A stretch of DNA of 12,901 bases from Bradymonadia bacterium (GTDB lineage: Bacteria > Myxococcota_A > Bradymonadia > UBA7976 > UBA1532): the NCBI GenBank assembly GCA_051276005.1, contig JBNMOZ010000092.1, positions 1-12,901 of the forward strand, in the 5' to 3' direction. A program made the translations under genes and the position numbers. The notes beneath the pieces were generated by a model that worked only from the letters and a program-made list of their open reading frames with translations, was not told where the DNA came from and searched no databases. The stretch's first letter is position 1. Each line of letters opens with the position of its first letter. Of the stretch, positions 6,855 to 12,901 are shown in pieces.

Positions 6855-8099
6855 TCATCCTCCTCGGGGTCCGAAAAGCGCAGTGCCGATGCGCACATGG
6901 GTCGCGCCCTCGGCGATGGCGTCGGCGAAGTCGGCCGACATGCCCATCGATCGCACCGGCAGGCTCAGCGCGTCGGCTAGAGTCCGTATCGTCTCAAAGT
7001 GTGGGCGCGGCGGCTGACCCGCGGGCGGGATGCACATGAGCCCCTGCACCGTCAGCCCGTCCACCGCGTTGAGGGCGTTGACCAGGCCGTTGACTTCGCC
7101 CGGCGCGGCCCCACCCTTCTGCGGCTCATCGCCCACGTTGACCTGCACCAGGACGTCGAGGGATCGCCCCACGTCGACCGCGCCGCGCGCGAGCGCCTCA
7201 CCCACCCGCAGCCGGTCGACCGCGTGCACCATGTTGGCGTGGGCGCCGATGAACCGGGCCTTGTTGCGCTGCACGCGCCCGATGAAGTGCCAGTTGGGCG
7301 CGGGCCAGGACGGCGGGGCGGCGCTGAAGGCCTCGATCTTGGCCTTCCACTCCTGCACGTAGCTCTCGCCGAGGGGCACGAGCCCGATGCGCACCGCCTC
7401 GCGCAGCTTCGCGACGCTGTGGCCCTTGCTCACGGCGATGATGGTCGGCTCGGCGCGCCCGATGCTTGCCGTCGCGACGGCCTCTCGGACGCGGGCCGCT
7501 CGCACGGCAAGATCACCGGGAAAGGTCGAGATGCCCAGCGCCTGCAGATCGGCGCAGACCGACGCGATGGGCAGGCCGACCACGCCATCGTATGGCCCAT
7601 CGATGTGCTCGACGAATCCACCCGCGCCGCTCTGGATGCCGTAAGCGCCGGCCTTGTCGAAGGGGTCGCCCGACGCGATATAGGCCCCAATCATGCTCGA
7701 ATTGAGGGCCTTGAACCGCACGGATGTCGACGTATGACCCACCCGCAGATCGCCGCCAGGGCTGGTCCCTCGCGCGAGCGCCCAGGCGGTGATCACCTGG
7801 TGGGTCTGCCCGGAGAGTCGCCCCAGCATGTCGCCGGCTTCGGTCGCGTCGGCGGGCTTGCCCAAGATGTGCCCGCCGATCGTCACGACGGTGTCGCTGC
7901 CCAGCGCCCAACGCCCGTCACGGGTGCCCGCGACGGCCTTCTCTTCGGCCATTCGGCAGGCGAACGCGAGCGGCGCTTCGCCGGGGTGCGGCGTCTCGTC
8001 GAGATCGACCGGGCAGACCTCGACGGGCACGCCGACGCTCGCCATGAAGGCACGTCGCCGGGGCGAAGCAGAGGCCAGAATCAACAGATCTTTACTCAT
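6855..8099 (-). CDS. Fusion protein: N-terminal Maf nucleotide pyrophosphatase domain (about aa 1-195) + C-terminal YggS/PLPBP PLP-binding homeostasis domain (about aa 196-414)
   Basis: Maf signatures: LILASASPRRRAFM, ALGSDTVV, GGHILGKPADATEAGDMLGRLSGQTHQVIT, DPFDKAGAYGIQ, FVEHIDGPYDGVVGLPI. YggS signatures: IIAVSK (PLP lysine K225, codon 7425-7427), LGESYVQE, HFIGRVQRNKARFI, VHAVDRL, VLVQVNVGDEPQKGG, VQGLMCIPP, SMGMSADFADAIAEGATHVRIGTALFGPR. One continuous frame with no stop at the junction. Confidence 0.93.
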   Translation of the reverse strand: MSKDLLILASASPRRRAFMASVGVPVEVCPVDLDETPHPGEAPLAFACRMAEEKAVAGTRDGRWALGSDTVVTIGGHILGKPADATEAGDMLGRLSGQTHQVITAWALARGTSPGGDLRVGHTSTSVRFKALNSSMIGAYIASGDPFDKAGAYGIQSGAGGFVEHIDGPYDGVVGLPIASVCADLQALGISTFPGDLAVRAARVREAVATASIGRAEPTIIAVSKGHSVAKLREAVRIGLVPLGESYVQEWKAKIEAFSAAPPSWPAPNWHFIGRVQRNKARFIGAHANMVHAVDRLRVGEALARGAVDVGRSLDVLVQVNVGDEPQKGGAAPGEVNGLVNALNAVDGLTVQGLMCIPPAGQPPRPHFETIRTLADALSLPVRSMGMSADFADAIAEGATHVRIGTALFGPRGG

Positions 8100-8175
8100 C
8101 GATGCGAGCCTAGTCTGGAACGTGCGCGAGCGGTAGTCGCCCGAAACGGGCCACCCGGCCGGCGACCCGATGCGG

Positions 8176-8997
8176 TCAGCTGAGCTGGGCGCGCAACACC
8201 TCGATGACCCGAGCGACCGCCTTCTGGGTGAGGCTGCCCGCCGCGTTGACCAGATCGGTCGTCAGCACCGAGTGGGGCGTGGGTCCGCCGGTCACCTTAT
8301 TGTGCGCTGAGTCCGGCAGCACGATCGCCTCGAATCGATCACCCGCCATGGCCCGAATCGAGTCAAACCGCGCGCGCGGGCACATGCGATCGCCCTCGAA
8401 GCGAAGGCCAAGGATGGGCACATCGACCCGCTCGGCGACGATGGCCTTCTCTTCGGGGCTCATATGCAGCGCGCCAGTCATCAGACCCGGCAGACCCGGC
8501 TGGCTGGCCACCGCCGCGATCACGGCGGGCTCGCACACCAACGTCAGCGCGAAGTTGCCCGACATGCACATGCCAATAACCCCGATGCCCTTGCCGCCCA
8601 CATCGGCGTGGGCAACCCGCGCGAGGGCCCGCAGCCATTGGGTGACCGGGCTGGCGTGGTTGCGCGCGAAGACGTGAATCTCGCGCGAGATGCACGCCCG
8701 GATGATGCCGCGCGCGATGCCGTAGGGCGTGGGCGTTCGGCTGCCGGGCTTCGCGAACAGGTCGGGCACGAAGACCGTGAACCCCGCGGCGACCAGCCAG
8801 TTGCCCAGTCGCCACAGCTCGGGGTTGATGCCGGGCATCTCGATCATCAGCAGCACGGCTGGCCCCGCACCCGCGCGGTAGACGGGGTGATGCATGCCGC
8901 CGTGCTCAAAGTCGAAACAGTCGGCGAAGACCGTGGTGTTCGCACGGGCCGGGTCGAGGATCGTCTCGAGCGCGAGGATCGGTTCAATGGGTGTCAT
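8176..8997 (-). CDS. Dienelactone hydrolase family protein (alpha/beta hydrolase)
   Basis: FDFEHGGMHHPVYRAGAGPAVLLMIEMPGINPELWRLGNWLVAAGFTVFVPDLF, nucleophile elbow GVIGMCMSGNFAL (Cys nucleophile typical of DLH), VDVPILGLRFEGDRMCPRARF, LPDSAHNK. Confidence 0.85.
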   Translation of the reverse strand: MTPIEPILALETILDPARANTTVFADCFDFEHGGMHHPVYRAGAGPAVLLMIEMPGINPELWRLGNWLVAAGFTVFVPDLFAKPGSRTPTPYGIARGIIRACISREIHVFARNHASPVTQWLRALARVAHADVGGKGIGVIGMCMSGNFALTLVCEPAVIAAVASQPGLPGLMTGALHMSPEEKAIVAERVDVPILGLRFEGDRMCPRARFDSIRAMAGDRFEAIVLPDSAHNKVTGGPTPHSVLTTDLVNAAGSLTQKAVARVIEVLRAQLS

Positions 8998-9143
8998 GTG
9001 TCCAATAATAACGCGGAACCCGAATTTTTAATCCAGCCTTTTCAGGCACTTGTGAAATTAGTTCAAATTTTTCTGCGACACGGCGGCCGTGCGCCCGATG
9101 GGGAAGGTGAGCGCCACTTTCGCTGCGCCCCGAGGAGCCTGTC

Positions 9144-11186
9144 ATGTCTGTCCGATTCTCGAAGATTGCCGCCCTGATCGCCCAAGTCGCCTTCATCTGC
9201 TGCGCCACCGCCGCGTGTGACGACGCGACCGCCCCGCCGCCCGCGGTCGCCGGAACGCTCGACCCTGGCCCGCTCGACCCTGGCCCGCTCGACCCTGGCC
9301 CGCTCGACCCGGGGCCTGTCGCCCCGTCGACCCGGGCACCGTCGCCGAACCCGCCGCACCTCATGGACGCCTCCACCCCCTCCATCGCAGCGCCGGTGAT
9401 GGTCGACCCGATCACCAACGCCGCGACCTGCTTCGCCAGCCCCGAGCGCTGCAACGCGATCGACGATGATTGCGATGGCGGCATCGATGAGGGCCTGCGC
9501 AACGCCTGCGGTGAATGCGGCCCCGCGGCCGCCGAGCTGTGCAACGGCGAAGACGACGACTGCGATGGCGTCATCGACGAGGACGCGATGGGCGTGGGCG
9601 TCGACTGCACGACGGCTCTGGGCGCGTGCCGTCAAACCGGCCTGCGATCCTGCGACGATGGCGCGCTGCGCTGCGCCACGCCGGCGGTCGTCGAGCCGGT
9701 CGCTGAGCGCTGCGATGCCATCGACAATGACTGCGACGGCGTCACCGATGAGGCGCTCGCCCTGGGCGAGATCTGCGCTGTCGGTCGGGGCGCCTGCGCG
9801 GCGAGCGGCATCCTCATCTGCGACGCGCGGACGGACAGCGTCATTTGCTCCGCCGATCCCGGACCAGCTGCCCCCGATGTCTGTGACGGCGAAGACAACG
9901 ACTGCGACGGCGTCACCGACGAGCAGAGCGTGATCGCTGATGCCTGCATGTCGGCGCTGGGTGCCGTCTGCCAGCGCCAAGGCGCCATGATCTGCGCCGC
10001 CGACGGTCCGGCCTGCGGCGCGCCGATGCCGACGGCAGGCGAATGCGCCCAAGCTCGGCCGACGACCGTCGACGCCAACGACCGCTTCGCCTGCGCGATC
10101 AACGCGGATGCCCAGGTCAAGTGCTGGGGCGACGTGCGCTTTTTGGGCGGCGCAGCGCTGATTGGTGACGATCGAAACGAGCTGGGTGGGCGTCTGCAGC
10201 CGATCGATCTCGCCATGCCGGTGCACAGCGTCGCCGTGGGCGGCGACTTCGGGTGCGCGCTGAGCGCCGACAGTCAGCTTAAGTGCTGGGGACAGAACGC
10301 GGCGGGCCAGCTGGGCCAGGGCGACCGGATCGCTCGCGGCGCAGACTTCAAAGACATGGCGCACGCGCTGCACAGCATCGACCTCGACATGCGCCCCGTC
10401 CAGGTCGTCGCGGGCGCCGCGTTCGCCTGCGCGCTCGATGATGTCGGTCAGGTCAAGTGCTGGGGCGACAACGTGATGGGCAGCTTGGGCCAGGGCGATC
10501 TGAGCGTGCGCGGCGATCAGCCTGACGAGATGGGCCGCGCGCTTCCGGCCGTCGATCTGGGCGACTTCGCCCCCATCAAGCTGGCCGCGGGCGACGCGCA
10601 TGTGTGCGGCCTCGACGCCCAGGGCACCGTCAAGTGCTGGGGCGCCAACGACCACCAGCAGCTCGCCGTGATGGGGCGCGACAACCACCGCGGCGACGAC
10701 GCCGACGAGATGGGGGCACAGCTGCCCGTCGTCGGCCTGCGCGCCAACATCGTCGACATCGCGGCGGGCCCGCGCCACACCTGCGCCGTCAGCGAGCTGG
10801 GCGCGGTGGACTGCTGGGGCGAAGGGTACGGCTTCGCGCCCGTCGGCCTGAACCTGCGTGACCATGCGGCGGTCACGGTCAATGCCGGCGCCCAGACCTG
10901 CATCCTTGATGACGCCGGCACCACGGTGTGCTGGGGGCTCATCGATGGCATCGCCCAGATCGACGATCCCGCCCTGCCCGGCACGATCCATCGCGTGGCG
11001 CTGCCTCGCCCGACCGTCGAATTGGCCACCAGCGCCGCGATGAACTGCGCCGTCGACGTCGACGGCGACCTGCGCTGCTGGGGTCGCAATGAGGTGGGGC
11101 AGCTGGGCCAGGGCGACGTGCGCGACCGCACCGCCGCCGACGTGATGGACCTGTTCCCCGTGTCGCTGGACGACCAGCAGCTTTAG
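9144..11186 (+). CDS. Predicted lipoprotein with LDPGP tandem linker, MopE-type metal-binding motifs and RCC1-like beta-propeller repeats
   Basis: Signal peptide with lipobox-like end (MSVRFSKIAALIAQVAFICCATAAC). Good Shine-Dalgarno (gaggag) upstream of ATG. Four DxDCDGxxDE-type motifs and seven C-x9-CWG RCC1-type repeats. Confidence 0.92.
   Translation: MSVRFSKIAALIAQVAFICCATAACDDATAPPPAVAGTLDPGPLDPGPLDPGPLDPGPVAPSTRAPSPNPPHLMDASTPSIAAPVMVDPITNAATCFASPERCNAIDDDCDGGIDEGLRNACGECGPAAAELCNGEDDDCDGVIDEDAMGVGVDCTTALGACRQTGLRSCDDGALRCATPAVVEPVAERCDAIDNDCDGVTDEALALGEICAVGRGACAASGILICDARTDSVICSADPGPAAPDVCDGEDNDCDGVTDEQSVIADACMSALGAVCQRQGAMICAADGPACGAPMPTAGECAQARPTTVDANDRFACAINADAQVKCWGDVRFLGGAALIGDDRNELGGRLQPIDLAMPVHSVAVGGDFGCALSADSQLKCWGQNAAGQLGQGDRIARGADFKDMAHALHSIDLDMRPVQVVAGAAFACALDDVGQVKCWGDNVMGSLGQGDLSVRGDQPDEMGRALPAVDLGDFAPIKLAAGDAHVCGLDAQGTVKCWGANDHQQLAVMGRDNHRGDDADEMGAQLPVVGLRANIVDIAAGPRHTCAVSELGAVDCWGEGYGFAPVGLNLRDHAAVTVNAGAQTCILDDAGTTVCWGLIDGIAQIDDPALPGTIHRVALPRPTVELATSAAMNCAVDVDGDLRCWGRNEVGQLGQGDVRDRTAADVMDLFPVSLDDQQL
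9258..9317 (+). repeat. In-gene 15-bp tandem repeat (ctcgaccctggcccg), three perfect copies plus one degenerate copy
   Basis: Perfect units at 9258-9272, 9273-9287 and 9288-9302. A diverged unit ctcgacccggggcct lies at 9303-9317. Encodes LDPGP x4. Confidence 0.95.
9450..9923 (+). other. MopE-like putative metal (Ca/Cu)-binding motif region, four copies
   Basis: CNAIDDDCDGGIDE, CNGEDDDCDGVIDE, CDAIDNDCDGVTDE and CDGEDNDCDGVTDE inside the 9144..11186 protein. Confidence 0.85.
10086..11125 (+). other. RCC1-like propeller domain, seven repeats
   Basis: FACAINADAQVKCWG, FGCALSADSQLKCWG, FACALDDVGQVKCWG, HVCGLDAQGTVKCWG, HTCAVSELGAVDCWG, QTCILDDAGTTVCWG and MNCAVDVDGDLRCWG, interspersed with LGQGD motifs. 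Confidence 0.88.
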
Positions 11187-11194
11187 CTTCGTTC

Positions 11195-11227
11195 AGGCTC
11201 AGGCGCCTCAGCCTCGGTGCGCGAGGC
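11195..11227. terminator. Possible terminator/hairpin region between convergent genes
   Basis: Perfect stem gcctcg-gtgcg-cgaggc (11211-11227), overlapping an imperfect inverted repeat aggctcaggc/gcctcagcct (11195-11214), in the 45-bp gap between two converging stop codons. No T-tract. Confidence 0.3.
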
Positions 11228-11231
11228 GGCT

Positions 11232-12209
11232 CTACCGAAGGCCCGCGGCGAGCTCGAAGGCGTCGAGCAGCGGGGTGGTGAAGTCGACGCCGCTGAAGCG
11301 CTCGGCGTCGCCCAGTCCGCCCGGACTGAACACGTTGACCTCGACGACCTTCGAGCCGATCAAGTCGAGGCCCACCAAGAACAAGCCGTCCGCCGCGAGC
11401 TGCGGGGCCACGGCCGCCGAGATGACCTCGACCCCCGGAATTTCGGTGACCAGCTCGGCGGATCCACCCCGAAACACATTGCTGCGAAAGTCGCCCTTGG
11501 GCGGCCGCCGGCGCACCGCCGCGAAGGCGCCATCGACCTTGAGCGGCACCCCGTTGACGAGCAGCACCCGCACGTCGCCATCCACCGCCTCAGGCACGTA
11601 GCCCTGCGCCATCACCGGGCCTTGCCGACACAGCACGTCGATGATCTGCGCCAGGTTATCGGCGCCGGCCTGCACCCGAAATACATCGGTGCCCCGCGTG
11701 CCTATCAGCGGCTTGAGCACCACCGGGCCCCCCGCGTCGGCCACGAAGGCGCGCAGCTGTTCAGGCCGCTGGGCGACCAGCGTCGGCGGGCGCACCGACT
11801 CGGGCAGATGATGCAGGTACAGCTTCGTCTCGGCGCGATGCAGACCCAGGGGGTGATTGAGGATCGCGACGCCCCGATCGGCCGCGATCTCCAAGATCGC
11901 CAGCGCTGCGCCATGCACGTCCGGTCGGCTGTAGCGGCCCGGGTTGGTGCGCAGCCAGACGGCGTCGCCCACCGCCAGCGTGCAAGCCGCCTCGGGGGTG
12001 TGCTGCAAAGCCCCAAGCATCGCCTCGATGGTCTTCGTCGGGGTCACCGTGCGCGCCGCCAACCGCACCTGCCCCGCGGGATCGATGCTCAACCCGTCGA
12101 TGGGGCAGACCGTCACGGCGTGTCCGCGCTGCGCCAGGCGCAGGACCAGCTGAGCGGTGGTCTGCGATGGCGATAACGTGCTGACTTCATTGATAATAAC
12201 ATGGATCAT
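11232..12209 (-). CDS. Glutathione synthetase-like (GshB-type) ATP-grasp ligase
   Basis: GshB-like N-terminal domain (INEVSTLSPSQTTAQLVLRLAQRGHAVTVCPIDGLSIDPAGQVRLAART), ILNHPLGLHRAETKLYLHHLPESVRPPTLV, VVLKPLIGTRGTDVFRV, VMAQGYVPEAVDGDVRVLLVNGVPL, FRSNVFRGGSAE, GLFLVGLDLIGSKVVEVNVFSPGGL. Confident for the superfamily; substrate is uncertain. Confidence 0.85.
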   Translation of the reverse strand: MIHVIINEVSTLSPSQTTAQLVLRLAQRGHAVTVCPIDGLSIDPAGQVRLAARTVTPTKTIEAMLGALQHTPEAACTLAVGDAVWLRTNPGRYSRPDVHGAALAILEIAADRGVAILNHPLGLHRAETKLYLHHLPESVRPPTLVAQRPEQLRAFVADAGGPVVLKPLIGTRGTDVFRVQAGADNLAQIIDVLCRQGPVMAQGYVPEAVDGDVRVLLVNGVPLKVDGAFAAVRRRPPKGDFRSNVFRGGSAELVTEIPGVEVISAAVAPQLAADGLFLVGLDLIGSKVVEVNVFSPGGLGDAERFSGVDFTTPLLDAFELAAGLR

Positions 12210-12901
12210 GGGTCACCCTTGGCGACGTCCTTGAGCGCGTCGAGTCGCCCCAGGTGCAGGATGCGCGAGCCCGTCGGCGCCACCGGGTCGGTGCTCTTGC
12301 CGATCACCACGCCCCGCAGCGGCGCCGTGTATGTATGCACCGGATCGCCAAAGATGTTGGTGAGCCGGGCGATGGCCTCGCCCTCTTCGACCACTGCGCC
12401 CACGTCGGGCAGCACCGTGAGCAGCCCGCCATGCTGGGTGTACATCCACGCGCTGCTGCGGCAGACGAGGGGGTCGGGCACCTCAGCCGGCTTGCGGCGC
12501 GGGATGATCTTCTCGGCGGCCAGGACGGCGCGAATACCGGCCAGCGCGCGCCGCACGAACCGCGGCTGAAACAGCTGGGGATCGCCGATCTCGAGGGTGA
12601 TCGCGTGCAGCCCCATCGCACAGGCGGCGCCGCGCAGCGTGCCGTCGGTCGGCGGGTCGTGCAGGATCACCAGCGGGCGCTGCAGCCGGGCCATGCGGGC
12701 GGTGGTCGGATCGCCCATATCGGCGCGCACATACATGCAGTTGACGCGACCCGCGCTCGCGGTGTGCAGGTCGAAGAGGAAGTCGCCCTTGCGCACGATG
12801 CGCTCGATGAACCGCGCCGCGTAGCTGTCGGCCTCGTCACCGTCGGCGCGCCCAGGCATGCGGTGGTTGAGGTCGGCCCGCTCGGTGAACATGCGTCGGC
12901 G
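12206..12901 (-). CDS. Succinylglutamate desuccinylase/aspartoacylase (AstE/AspA) family zinc hydrolase, partial (N-terminus beyond right edge)
   Basis: The frame stays open past the track start (12892) to the window edge (RRRMFTERADLNHRMPG). It contains a DLNxxxPG family motif, DFLFDLHTAS (DxHT zinc-site motif) and a C-terminal lipoyl-like fold GGLLTVLPDVGAVVEEGEAIARLTNIFGDPVHTYTAPLRGVVIG. ATGA overlap with the downstream ATP-grasp gene. Confidence 0.8.
   Translation of the reverse strand, partial: RRRMFTERADLNHRMPGRADGDEADSYAARFIERIVRKGDFLFDLHTASAGRVNCMYVRADMGDPTTARMARLQRPLVILHDPPTDGTLRGAACAMGLHAITLEIGDPQLFQPRFVRRALAGIRAVLAAEKIIPRRKPAEVPDPLVCRSSAWMYTQHGGLLTVLPDVGAVVEEGEAIARLTNIFGDPVHTYTAPLRGVVIGKSTDPVAPTGSRILHLGRLDALKDVAKGDP

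Noticed and set aside
8100-8175. GC-rich inverted repeats (gtcgcc...ggcgac) between the DLH gene and maf::yggS
   Set aside because: Short stems in very GC-rich DNA, no T-tract. Expected by chance at this composition.
6999-8183. 394-aa plus-strand ORF
   Set aside because: Fully antisense to the Maf::YggS fusion, which has many diagnostic motifs.
9063-10991. 642-aa minus-strand ORF opposite the RCC1 lipoprotein
   Set aside because: The plus-strand gene has signal peptide, SD and two repeat domain types. The minus ORF's RVERARVERARVER run is just the antisense of the LDPGP repeat.
11217-12176. 319-aa plus-strand ORF
   Set aside because: Antisense to the ATP-grasp gene; no family match recognised.
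1-12901. CRISPR arrays, rRNA/tRNA genes, transposases, retrons or toxin-antitoxin/defence cassettes
   Set aside because: No spaced repeat array, structural RNA signature, transposase motifs or terminal inverted repeats were recognised on reading the window. The gene content looks chromosomal and largely housekeeping.

Overview
High-GC bacterial window. Protein flavour suggests a myxobacterial/Bradymonadales-type deltaproteobacterium (inference). Eight protein-coding genes are supported. Seven are on the minus strand and one is on the plus strand. In minus-strand reading order: (i) an AstE/AspA-type (succinylglutamate desuccinylase/aspartoacylase) metallohydrolase running off the right edge, overlapping by 4 bp a glutathione-synthetase-like ATP-grasp ligase; (ii) a dienelactone-hydrolase-family protein; (iii) a compact cluster of an in-frame Maf::YggS (PLP-homeostasis protein) fusion, ProC, DivIVA and a membrane-anchored HEISH (peptidase MA-like) metalloprotease; (iv) a very long TPR-repeat protein running off the left edge. 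That last gene is missing from the ORF track, probably because it has no stop in the window. The plus strand carries a lipoprotein with a tandem LDPGP linker, four MopE-type CDGxxDE metal-binding motifs and a seven-repeat RCC1-like propeller. Best leads are the Maf::YggS fusion in a merged yggS-proC / yggS-divIVA neighbourhood, the aspartoacylase plus GshB-like ligase pair, and the single in-frame TAG between DivIVA and the metalloprotease. No CRISPR array, rRNA, tRNA or mobile element was recognised. The large opposite-strand ORFs in the track look like GC-rich shadow ORFs.
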